From Acidimicrobiia bacterium (GTDB taxonomy: Bacteria > Actinomycetota > Acidimicrobiia > Spongiisociales > ZC4RG35), in the NCBI GenBank assembly GCA_965203555.1, contig CBDBCY010000004.1:1216001-1280000 (forward strand): DNA of 64,000 nucleotides, read 5' to 3'. This document shows, piece by piece, positions 1 to 8,860 of the stretch. The stretch's first letter is position 1; every line of letters starts with the position of its first letter. The position numbers were made by a program, and so were the translations under genes. Under the pieces are notes generated by a model. That model did no database searches. It was not told the origin of the DNA and saw nothing but the letters and a program-made list of their open reading frames with translations.

Positions 1-2
1 CG

Positions 3-353
3 CCCATGCCGTCGAAGTTCTCCCAGCGGGTCACGGCCGGGATGCGTTTGATTCACCGCACCGCCGGCGCCGGCGGCTGGGGTGATCCCCTCGACCGGGA
101 CCCCGGGCTTGTCGCGGCCAACGTCCGCAATGGGATCCTGTCGGTCGAGCGAGCGTTCACCGAATACGGAGTGGTATTCCAGGCGGATAAGGCCGGAGTC
201 GATGCGGATGCCACCGAAGCCGAACGGACGGCTCGCCGGGCCAGGTCCCAGGCGGGCACTACCACCCCGGTCTCTTCATCTGAGCCGACACCCTTGGAAG
301 ACCGACTCAGCGACGCCCTACGAGAAACAGGGAAGATCCTGCCCCACCGTTGA
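3..353 (+). CDS. Hydantoinase B/oxoprolinase family protein, C-terminal end (5' truncated by window)
   Basis: Motif TAGAGGWGDPLDRDP..V..NVRNG.LS.E.A..EYGVV...VD..AT...R typical of HyuB/OplB C-termini; frame open at window start. Confidence 0.85.
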   Translation, partial: PMPSKFSQRVTAGMRLIHRTAGAGGWGDPLDRDPGLVAANVRNGILSVERAFTEYGVVFQADKAGVDADATEAERTARRARSQAGTTTPVSSSEPTPLEDRLSDALRETGKILPHR

Positions 354-484
354 CGGCCCCGTGGTATCCGCAACCGGGCGACTCCGCTGATGGTCCACTC
401 GCGAAATCATCAAACCGGCGAACCCGCAGATTGTCACACATGACAGTTATAGTCCCAGATGACCACCATAGGGGAGGAGCACTG

Positions 485-748
485 ATGCCGGCCACCATCA
501 CCCGAGAGGAAGCACGACGGGAGACCCACGACAACTACGCCGTTTTTGTGGAGGAGATGCTTCCAGATCTGCTGGAAAACCACCCCAATGAGTGGGCTCT
601 GCTCCGTGATCGCCGGCTCGTCGGTGTGTATCCAACGGGCATCGCTGCCAATCAAGCAGGCAGAGAGCGGTTCCCGGATCGTCGGTTCTCACTACAGGAA
701 ATCACTGATCGTCCCTTGTTCGTGACTTATCACACGAGTGCTCATTAG
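485..748 (+). CDS. Small hypothetical protein (DUF5678-like), partner of downstream aspartyl protease
   Basis: GGAGGAG RBS before ATG 485; pattern NY..F...LPDLLENHPNEWALLRDRRLVGVY......QAG; overlaps next gene by 11 nt. Confidence 0.65.
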   Translation: MPATITREEARRETHDNYAVFVEEMLPDLLENHPNEWALLRDRRLVGVYPTGIAANQAGRERFPDRRFSLQEITDRPLFVTYHTSAH

Positions 749-1139
749 GGAACCCTACGACTATCTCGTAGGACCAATCGTGAGGGGCGTAGTGATACAC
801 AATGAAGATTTGACCCGCCGCGTCCTGGTCAACGCTTTCTTTGATACAGGCGCCAAACTCACAGGAGTTTCCCAGCGAGTCACTTCCATGCTGGCGCCGT
901 TCCAAACGAGGGTCGTTTCCGTAACGACCGCATTTGCACGTTCGGAAAACACCCTCGGCTACACAGCTGTTGTGGAGCTGCCGAACGACGGCGACCCGAT
1001 ACCCGTGCTCGTTTTCGAGGGCGGACCTTTTGGGCAATGCGACGCGTTGCTTGGGAGAGATGTCCTGCGGACGGGTACGTTCCATTTGACCGAGCACTGG
1101 TTTACTTTCGATCAGACGTCACCGATGATCGACCTTTGA
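738..1139 (+). CDS. Retropepsin-like (clan AA) aspartyl protease
   Basis: Catalytic AFFDTGA motif and C-terminal ALLGRDVL motif in a 133 aa single-lobe protein. Confidence 0.8.
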   Translation: MLIREPYDYLVGPIVRGVVIHNEDLTRRVLVNAFFDTGAKLTGVSQRVTSMLAPFQTRVVSVTTAFARSENTLGYTAVVELPNDGDPIPVLVFEGGPFGQCDALLGRDVLRTGTFHLTEHWFTFDQTSPMIDL

Positions 1140-1207
1140 GATGTGCTGGGACTCGTCAACGACCCAACCAACCAACTGAACCGGCTTCCCCCTCCAAAGA
1201 ACCAATC

Positions 1208-2320
1208 TTACTTGTCGGATTTGTGTAGGGGTAGTAGCCGTGCGGGGTTCTCAACGATGATCTGTCTGATCACTTCGTTCGGTATGCCCTTCTTGCGCAT
1301 GAACGGAACCACGCTTTCCAGGATGTGGTAGTAGCCGTGGCCGCCGTATTTGGTCAGCCGGTGTTTGGTGCAGATATCTTGTGAAATAAGGAGACGAGAA
1401 GCTGTGTCGGCTTTGAGCAGTTTCACCATCCGGTCCAGTCTCTGGCCGTCGCTCGGCATGTCGAAGGGCGTGGCCCCGTAGAAGGAGGACTCGTGACCGA
1501 AGAGATCGAATTGGAGATAGGACTCCAGTTCCAGAAGTTCCCAGAGGATGCCTATGTCCTGTACCCGGAGATCAAGGTGTCCGAGCACCACGCGGCTCAT
1601 GTCGGCGCCGGCGTTGACCAGGACCTCGGCAACCTCCATCGGAGATCTCTGATCCCGGCCGGTATGGGTGGTGATGGCCACGCCGCACTCCCTCTGGACC
1701 TGGGCCGCGGCGGCCAAGACCCGCTTCTCGCGCTCATGCAAGGGCCAGGTGCAGGCGACCTTGATAACCCCTGCCCTGACCGATGTCTCTTCCTGGTGCC
1801 CCTGCCAGTCGTCGTGACCCTCGGTGGCAATCCGGATACCATCCAGGATGTCGGACTTCATCAGGTCCGCCAGTTGCTCTTCATTCAGGTCGAACATGTA
1901 GGAAGGGTGCGTGTGCGCCACGTAGAACCCGGTGGACATGATGATGTGGACGCCGCTTGCTCGAGAAACCCGCGCCAAGCCCACCGGATCACGACCTATA
2001 CCGGGAGGCGTAACCTCGACCACCGCGCCCCCACCCCATTCTTTGTAGAGCCGCATCTCGTCAATGGCTGTCGGAATGTCTCCCAGCAGGAGGTTGTCAT
2101 GGTGCCGGAAGTAGTTCCTCCGGATCCAGGCGAGATTGTCGAGACGTATGGGTTCAAACGCCCGGACCTTCTCGCTGGCTGTTCGAGGCGCCTCGAAGAT
2201 GCCGGTGACATCTGTCAGGATGTGCTCGTGCATCATGGTCGGACCCAACTGATGGGGATCCACCATTCCCAGTACCGTCTGTACCTGCCCTGGCGATGGT
2301 TGGTCTATGGTTTCGCTCAC
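1208..2320 (-). CDS. Phosphotriesterase-related amidohydrolase (PTER/Php family)
   Basis: VQTVLG..LGPTMMHEH metal motif, GRD..L..VSR.SGVHII.STGFY, SQDIC.K..L.KYGGHGY.HIL, NPARLL. Confidence 0.9.
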   Translation of the reverse strand: MSETIDQPSPGQVQTVLGMVDPHQLGPTMMHEHILTDVTGIFEAPRTASEKVRAFEPIRLDNLAWIRRNYFRHHDNLLLGDIPTAIDEMRLYKEWGGGAVVEVTPPGIGRDPVGLARVSRASGVHIIMSTGFYVAHTHPSYMFDLNEEQLADLMKSDILDGIRIATEGHDDWQGHQEETSVRAGVIKVACTWPLHEREKRVLAAAAQVQRECGVAITTHTGRDQRSPMEVAEVLVNAGADMSRVVLGHLDLRVQDIGILWELLELESYLQFDLFGHESSFYGATPFDMPSDGQRLDRMVKLLKADTASRLLISQDICTKHRLTKYGGHGYYHILESVVPFMRKKGIPNEVIRQIIVENPARLLPLHKSDK

Positions 2321-2329
2321 AGTTCTCCC

Positions 2330-3484
2330 CTAACCGGATAGATTCAACTGGCGGGCTACATGTTCGAAAGCCGTCAGGATCCGTTCCATCTGCTCTTCGG
2401 TATGCACCGCCGAAGCGATAATACGGATTCGAGAAGTGCCCGCAGGGACATATGGCGGCAGGATGGCTCGTACGAAGATGCCGTTGGCAATGAGTATCGT
2501 CTCGGCCGCCTGAGTCTTGGCATCATCAGCGATCATTACGGGAGTTATCGGATGAACCGTGTCCGGCACCGAGAACCCCATCTGTGACAACGAAGAGTTG
2601 ATCCTGGCGGCATTCTCCCACAGCCGTTCTACACGCTGCGGCTCAGACTGCATGATCCGTAATGCCTCCAATGCGGCGGCCGCTGCTACGGGAGAGGGAG
2701 CGGTGGTGAATAAGAAGGTGCGGGCCACCTCGCTGAGGTAACCGATAACCTCGGCCGATCCGGTGGCGAATGCCCCCGCGCTCCCCAAGGCCTTTCCCAG
2801 TGTCCCCACGATCACATCAGCTCTGTCTGCGCGCTGGTAGTGGCCGCTCGAACCCTTCCCACCGGATCCGATGACCCCTGTGGCATGTGCGTCGTCCAGG
2901 ACCAGCATGGAGTCGTGTGCATCCGCCAGGTCGGCTATCTCATCCACCGGCGCCAAGTCTCCGTTCATTGAGAAGACGCTGTCGGTGACGATCAAGTTTG
3001 CTCCGGAAGCCTGGTCGAGTTGGCGGCTCAGATCTTCGACATCGCAGTGCTGGTAAACCCTTACCTTGGCGCGGCTCAAGCGGGCGCCGTCGATGATGCT
3101 GGCGTGATTGAGTTCATCGCTGCACACCGTGTCTCCGCGTCCGGGCAGAGCGGACACGACTCCCAGGTTGGCCGTATATCCGGATGCGAAGAGGAGCGAT
3201 GACTCGGCTGATTTCAATTCTGCCAGTTCCTCCTCGAGTTCCCGGTGCACCTGCGTGTCTCCTCCGATATGGCGAGATGCCCGTGCTCCGGCGCCGAACG
3301 TGGCCAGAGCGGTCTGTGAGGCGGCTATGACCCGTGGATCGGAAGCCAGCCCCAGGTAGTCGTTCAAACCGAGCGCTATGTAGGTGCGTCCCTCCAGGTG
3401 GATCGTCCCGGGCCGGACTACATCGGAGGCGGGATCGGATGGCGGCCACGCGGCGCTCCGATCGGCGATGCGCTCACGAATCAT
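2330..3484 (-). CDS. 8-amino-7-oxononanoate synthase/Kbl-like PLP-dependent acyltransferase (class II aminotransferase fold)
   Basis: NDYLGL, SDELNHASIIDG, DSVFSMNGD, DDAHATG, GTLGKALG motifs; no other bio genes nearby so bioF not asserted. Confidence 0.85.
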   Translation of the reverse strand: MIRERIADRSAAWPPSDPASDVVRPGTIHLEGRTYIALGLNDYLGLASDPRVIAASQTALATFGAGARASRHIGGDTQVHRELEEELAELKSAESSLLFASGYTANLGVVSALPGRGDTVCSDELNHASIIDGARLSRAKVRVYQHCDVEDLSRQLDQASGANLIVTDSVFSMNGDLAPVDEIADLADAHDSMLVLDDAHATGVIGSGGKGSSGHYQRADRADVIVGTLGKALGSAGAFATGSAEVIGYLSEVARTFLFTTAPSPVAAAAALEALRIMQSEPQRVERLWENAARINSSLSQMGFSVPDTVHPITPVMIADDAKTQAAETILIANGIFVRAILPPYVPAGTSRIRIIASAVHTEEQMERILTAFEHVARQLNLSG

Positions 3485-3569
3485 GTCACACCTTTTATCG
3501 GCATATGTGGCGTTTCCTCACCGGGTTGTTCCGGCATGGCGCATGCTGACTGATCGATCCGGCTGAGCT

Positions 3570-5135
3570 TCATCTTCGCAGCACCCGCCCGGGCCGGGTC
3601 CCAGTGAGGCTACCCGACCGCAACACCGGTTCGCCGTTGACCAGAACGTGCACCATGCCTTCGGCCAGGACATTCGGCTCGTACCTGGTCGCCTTCTCGC
3701 GAAACCCTGCCGGGTCGAACACCGCGATGTCGGCGAAGGCGCCCGGTTTCAATACGCCGCGGTCACGAAGTCCGAGGCGCTGCGCCGGAAGACCGGACAT
3801 CCGGTATGCCGCTTCGCCCGGTGTCAAGACTCCCTCCCGGTTGACGGAGAAGTTGTAGAAGTAAGAAGCCCATGTGTATGCGCCGTGGAAAGTCTTACCG
3901 GCAAGAGGACCGTCCGGCGCCATGGTGGTGGCGTCGGAGGCCGGCATCGACAGCGGGTGCGCGAAAGCCGTGCGGTGTTGAGCGGCGCTGTGACAGTCGA
4001 TCAGGACCATGAGCGACTCCATCGTCTCGATCGCTCCGAGCAGCAGGTCGTAGATGCAGTCCAGGCCCTCCTGTCCCCGCTCGTCGGCAATCGATCTGAT
4101 GGATCGTCGGCCGTAGTCGGGGTAAGCGTCGTGGTCGAGCAGTACTATGCGCTCCCAGTCGCCGCCCGCGCTGAGAATGCTGCGGAAACCTTTCATGCGC
4201 CGGCGTGCGTCGGCGTCCTCCAGCACGGAGGCGAGTCCATCGAGGCCGTTAGCCATGGCCCATGGCGGGAGCACCGAATAGAGGTAGGTGAACCCGAACA
4301 GGCGGGTATGCAGATCGAAAGCGACATCCAGGTCGCTGTGGTGAGCCTCATCGACCAACTCCAGGCACTGTTCCATGTCCGCATCGCCACTGCGGGGAAC
4401 CAGGTGGGACACCTGCAGTCTCACCCCCGCTGCCCTGGCGGTCCTGATGGCCTCGGCCACCCCTTCGGGCGCCCCGGCGTCCCGGTACCTGGCATGGCAG
4501 ACGTAAAGGTCATCCCGTTCAACCAGCGGCGCGCAGAGCCTGGTGACCTCCGACTCGGAAGCGCCGGCCTCGGTTGCATATTCCAGGCCGGTCGACAGCC
4601 CCCAGGCGCCCTCATCGAGTGCGGTCCGCAGGAGTTGGGCCATCTGGTTCAGTTCCTCTTCTGTCGATGGTCGATCTGTGAGACCCACGACGGCCAGGCG
4701 AAGCTGACCATGGGGGACCATGCTCACCACGTTCAAAGCCGGCGCCGCCTGCTCGAGTCGGGAGAAGTAACCCGAAGCCGAGTCCCAATCCAGATCGACG
4801 GAATCGGAGTATCCGTAGATCGCCTTCAAAGCGAGTTCCCGGTCTCTGATGGGAAAGCACCCGTGGCCACAGTTACCCACGACCTCGGTGGTGACTCCCT
4901 GGTAGATGGCGCTGACTGCCCGTGGATCCGCCAGAAGGGTGTAGTCGGAGTGACTGTGGATGTCGATGAATCCCGGAGTGACGAGCAATCCGGTTGCGTC
5001 CAGTTCCTCACCTTGACTTGAAGCCAGGTTCCCCACGGCAGCGATGCGTTTACCCACAATGCCTACATCGGCCGGTTCGGGCTCGGCGCCGGTGCCGTCC
5101 GCTATGGCGCCGCCACGGATCAAAAGGTCGAACAT
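3570..5135 (-). CDS. N-acyl-D-amino acid deacylase family amidohydrolase
   Basis: PGFIDIHSHSD, QGVTTEVVGNCG, GLSTGLEY, LGLRDRG.L.PG..ADIAVFDP. Confidence 0.9.
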   Translation of the reverse strand: MFDLLIRGGAIADGTGAEPEPADVGIVGKRIAAVGNLASSQGEELDATGLLVTPGFIDIHSHSDYTLLADPRAVSAIYQGVTTEVVGNCGHGCFPIRDRELALKAIYGYSDSVDLDWDSASGYFSRLEQAAPALNVVSMVPHGQLRLAVVGLTDRPSTEEELNQMAQLLRTALDEGAWGLSTGLEYATEAGASESEVTRLCAPLVERDDLYVCHARYRDAGAPEGVAEAIRTARAAGVRLQVSHLVPRSGDADMEQCLELVDEAHHSDLDVAFDLHTRLFGFTYLYSVLPPWAMANGLDGLASVLEDADARRRMKGFRSILSAGGDWERIVLLDHDAYPDYGRRSIRSIADERGQEGLDCIYDLLLGAIETMESLMVLIDCHSAAQHRTAFAHPLSMPASDATTMAPDGPLAGKTFHGAYTWASYFYNFSVNREGVLTPGEAAYRMSGLPAQRLGLRDRGVLKPGAFADIAVFDPAGFREKATRYEPNVLAEGMVHVLVNGEPVLRSGSLTGTRPGRVLRR

Positions 5136-5229
5136 GAGCCGGCTATTCCATTCGAGTCAAGCTCTCAGCCCGGCCTGGAGGATGGGTGGACAGGGTGTGA
5201 AAAGTCGACACCGGGCGGCGGCAAAAGGT

Positions 5230-5457
5230 GACGGTAAAGGGTTGCCTTTTGTCCCACTCCCGGTGCATATTGAATTCTGTCACGAAAACACCTCCCGGCC
5301 CGTTCCGACGTCACCGCGGCCGCCATACTTCCACGGAGGTCATATATCTGTCGAAGAGGGCGACTCCCGGCGGACCGGCGAAGCGCGCGCTCCGACCCTT
5401 GGCGGTGGTGGCGGGGGTGGGCCCGAAGGGGAGAAAGCGCTAGACGTTTTTCGCGAG
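5230..5457 (+). ncRNA. Candidate structured non-coding element, copy A (with -35 TTGCCT/-10 CATATT promoter-like motif)
   Basis: Colinear similarity to reverse complement of 26059-26281; ACCTCC/GGAGGT and CGGCC/GGCCG pairings; no credible ORF. Confidence 0.45.
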
Positions 5458-5645
5458 ACAGGAGTAGGTCTTCGCGACTTGGGGAGGATCCACCGTTCTC
5501 GCCTACCCGCGTTCCTCTTGACAACCTGTATCCCCGCCCTGCCATCAGCGTAGATGGCACAAGTCCGATGCCGGGAAAGGAGAAAAAATATGCGTCACCC
5601 CCTGACCAGAGCAGGGATGCTTCACTACCATGACAGGTGATATGT

Positions 5646-5665
5646 TACACAATGCATGTTGTGTA
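5646..5665. promoter_or_regulatory. Palindromic operator candidate TACACAA-N6-TTGTGTA upstream of ABC operon
   Basis: Perfect 7 bp inverted arms ~105 bp upstream of SBP start; operon ends in a GntR-family gene (assignment inferred). Confidence 0.45.
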
Positions 5666-5770
5666 GCAGGCAGGAGTCTCAACTTTCGCCAACCATCTGT
5701 GCTGATTCCACAGAGACCCCTTGGGGCGACATGCTCACCCATGTCACTCCTAAAGAAAGGAGCTGAATAA

Positions 5771-6856
5771 ATGCCTAAGAACCGACTACGAATTGCCATC
5801 GCTGTCATCATCGCTTTCTCGATGCTGGCGGCAGCCTGCGGCGAGGAGGAGCCCGCGCCTACCACCGCTGCTCCCACGACTGCAGCGCCCACCACCACCG
5901 CGGCGCCCACCACCACGGCGGCGCCCGAGGAAGCACCCATCCGGATCGGACTGGTGATTCCGGACTTCACACAGAACGAATTGATCCTGGCTCTGAAGAC
6001 CGGCGCAGAAGACGCCGCCGCCGACTATGGCGTCGAACTGCTGGTGACGGGTAGCGGTAGCGCCCAGGATCTGGTGGCAGCAATCGAGAACTATGCGGCG
6101 GCGGGTGTTGACGTGATCGTTTATGACACCATCGACGCCCAGGCCCTGGCGCCTGCGATTCTCGCCCTCAATGAACAAGGCATTCCGGTGGTGTGCACGG
6201 TGGCCTGTGCTTCCGAGGGAGTCAGCGCCATCGAGATAGGTTACGACTATCGGGCTGACATGGGCCGACCACTCGGTGATTGGCTGGCCGCTTATGAACC
6301 CCGCCCGGCGAAGCTTGCCTTCATCGACTCCAACCAGGCTGATGAATCGATTGCCGCCATATACGCGGGAGTCGAAGATGGCCTGGAAGCCGGTGGACTG
6401 ACCGACGTGGAAAGGGTTGTTTCCCCGCCCACCAACTGGGACCGCGCAGCGGGTCTCGACGCAGCCAGGTCTTTGCTGACCGCCCATCCGGATGTGGACA
6501 TCATCGTCGGATTGCATGACCTGCTGGCCGGAGCGACGCTCACCGCCATGGAAGAGCTGGGATACAAGGAGACCACCTTGACCGGTCTCGGTGGCACCTG
6601 CGAAGGGTTGATGAACATTCTCGAGGGCCGCCAGGCGCTCACGGTGATCCAACCGCTCTATCCGGCCGGTTACCTGGCTGTCGAGGCGGCCGTGGAGATT
6701 GCCATGGGAGAGACGCACGACGTGGACTTCATCCCGATCGGAATGGTGGTCGTCGACAAGGCGTTCGCCGAAGGTGTGCTGGACGGTTCGGAAGAACCCG
6801 TGCAGAGCGGTGTCGATCTCAAGACGGCACTGGAAGCCGCCGCGGCGGGCTGCTAA
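5771..6856 (+). CDS. Sugar-type ABC transporter substrate-binding lipoprotein (RbsB-like)
   Basis: Lipobox LAAACG, PTTAA-repeat linker, periplasmic binding protein type I motifs, AAAGGAG RBS. Confidence 0.88.
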   Translation: MPKNRLRIAIAVIIAFSMLAAACGEEEPAPTTAAPTTAAPTTTAAPTTTAAPEEAPIRIGLVIPDFTQNELILALKTGAEDAAADYGVELLVTGSGSAQDLVAAIENYAAAGVDVIVYDTIDAQALAPAILALNEQGIPVVCTVACASEGVSAIEIGYDYRADMGRPLGDWLAAYEPRPAKLAFIDSNQADESIAAIYAGVEDGLEAGGLTDVERVVSPPTNWDRAAGLDAARSLLTAHPDVDIIVGLHDLLAGATLTAMEELGYKETTLTGLGGTCEGLMNILEGRQALTVIQPLYPAGYLAVEAAVEIAMGETHDVDFIPIGMVVVDKAFAEGVLDGSEEPVQSGVDLKTALEAAAAGC

Positions 6857-6887
6857 ACACGGCAAACCTATAACCAATCAATAAAGA

Positions 6888-6932
6888 TGGCGCCCTCCTA
6901 CCAATCCAAGAGGATGCGGTGGGAGGGCGCCA
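6888..6932 (+). terminator. Intercistronic stem-loop after SBP gene (terminator or mRNA-stabilising hairpin)
   Basis: TGGCGCCCTCCTACC...GGTGGGAGGGCGCCA inverted repeat. Confidence 0.6.
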
Positions 6933-7003
6933 CTGCCTTTACCCTGCATTGATTAGAGTCGCCAACGTACCAAGAAACGGTTTGAAAGGTCTGCGGGTTT
7001 TTC

Positions 7004-8032
7004 GTGGTTGACACAGATCACACTACGCAAGCAAACAAGAAACGGTCCCCCAGGGTGCGACTTGGCTTGAATAGATATCGGCAACTGCTGGCGCTCCTGG
7101 TCGCCGTTCTACTCCTTTGGACCGTCCTGAGTTTTTCCAGTCCGTACTTCATGACGGTGCAGAACCTGACCAATATCGCCCTTCAGAGTTCGGTGGTGGG
7201 GATCATGGCGATCGGGTTCACCATCTTGTTGATCGGGGGAGAGATCGACTTGGCGATCGGTTCCACCCAGGCCCTGGCCGGGACCATGGCTGCCCTGCTC
7301 ATCATCCAACGCGAACTGCCGATCTGGGCCGGGGTACTGATAGTGCTGGCCATGGGTCTGATCGTGGGCAATGTGAACGGATACTTTTCTCTGTTCACCA
7401 AGGTCCCGTCCTTCATCGTGACCCTGGCGATGCTGGGAGTACTGCAGGGTCTTGCCTTCGTGATGACCAGCGGACAAACAATTGGCGGATTCCCGGAGGC
7501 GTTCAAGGTACTTGGTCACGGTCGAGTGGGTGTGATCCCGTTGCCGGTAATCATCTTCTTTTCCGTGACCGTGCTCGTCCAATTGGTGCTGAGCCAGACC
7601 CGATACGGCGTGGAACTGTACGCCACCGGTGGTAATCGAGAGGCGGCCAGCCTGGTGGGTATCAGTGTGAGGAGAGTCCTGATGCTGGCCTTCATCGCCA
7701 GTTCGATGCTGTGCACACTGGCGGGGCTGGTGCTGAGCGCCCGATTGAACGCCGGCCACGGGTCATTTGGATCGGAGTCACTGCTCGACGCGGTGGCGGC
7801 AGTGATAATCGGAGGGACATCGCTCAATGGCGGCGCCGGCAACACGTTTGGGACGCTTCTGGGAATCATCCTGATCAGCACCATCAAGAACGGCCTGATC
7901 CTGCTGGGGGTGGACCCGTTCTGGCAGCAGGTGGCGGTCGGTGCTCTGATCCTGGCAGCAGTCCTGGTGGACAAGACGATCAAAGGCGAACTGGCCCTGG
8001 CAGACCTGCTGCCGAGGGTGAGGAAGCGCTGA
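7004..8032 (+). CDS. Sugar ABC transporter permease (RbsC-like)
   Basis: GEIDLAIGS, PSFIVTLAM, GGNREAASLVGI, AAVIIGGTSLNGG motifs. Confidence 0.92.
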   Translation: MVDTDHTTQANKKRSPRVRLGLNRYRQLLALLVAVLLLWTVLSFSSPYFMTVQNLTNIALQSSVVGIMAIGFTILLIGGEIDLAIGSTQALAGTMAALLIIQRELPIWAGVLIVLAMGLIVGNVNGYFSLFTKVPSFIVTLAMLGVLQGLAFVMTSGQTIGGFPEAFKVLGHGRVGVIPLPVIIFFSVTVLVQLVLSQTRYGVELYATGGNREAASLVGISVRRVLMLAFIASSMLCTLAGLVLSARLNAGHGSFGSESLLDAVAAVIIGGTSLNGGAGNTFGTLLGIILISTIKNGLILLGVDPFWQQVAVGALILAAVLVDKTIKGELALADLLPRVRKR

Positions 8033-8819
8033 TGGCTTCTCCTTCACAGAGCATGAACGGACCCAACGGTGGTGCTGGAACGGAAAGAACTCCCCCGCCG
8101 GTTATGGTGGCCAGAGGCGTCCACAAGTCCTTCGGCCAGGTACGCGCTCTCATCAACGCCACGTTCCAGGTCGAAGAGGGAGAGACGGTGGCGATCGTTG
8201 GTGACAACGGCGCCGGGAAGTCCACCCTGGTCAAGATTCTGACCGGAGCCGTGATACCGGACACCGGTTCTCTGGCGCTGGACGGAAGAGAGGTGGTGTT
8301 CCGCACCACCCGGGACTCCTTGCAGTTGGGAGTGACCGCCGTCTATCAGAACCTGGCGCTGGCCGACAACATGACCGTGGCGGAAAACGTGTTTCTGGGT
8401 CGGGTCCCCACCAGATGGCTGCGGGTGGATCGCCGGCGGATGGAACGGGAATCGGCGGAACTGCTTGACTCGCTGGCAATCAATGTGCCTGATGTCAGGG
8501 CGACCGGACCGCCGTGTTGTCGGGTGGACAGCGGCAGGCCGTCGCCATCGCCCGCGCCTTCCGATCCGGTCGAAGGCTGATGATCCTGGACGAACCGACC
8601 GCGGCGCTGGGAGTCCAGGAGGGCCAGAAGGTCCTCGACATCATCGAAGGTCTGAAGGGACAGAGAGTCTCGATCATCGTGGTCAGCCACAACCTCGACC
8701 ATGTGTTCCGGGTGGCCGATCGAATCGTGGTGATGAGAGGAGGCCGGATAGTGGGTTCACGTGCAAAGGAAGAAACGACAACCGACGACATCGTCCATCT
8801 GATAGTGGGAACCCGCTAG
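8032..8819 (+). pseudogene. Sugar ABC transporter ATP-binding protein, frameshifted near 8502
   Basis: Walker A GDNGAGKST in one frame; LSGGQRQ and ILDEPT in another frame (8514-8819); removing 2 nt at ~8502 restores one ORF. Confidence 0.85.
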
Positions 8820-8860
8820 GGGGCGCAGAGGTCGGCGGTCGAGAACGCTCGGGGGAACAA

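Noticed and set aside
5855-5930. Short tandem repeats here and at ~56860-56915
   Set aside because: They encode PTT(T)AA lipoprotein linkers, not CRISPR or regulatory repeats
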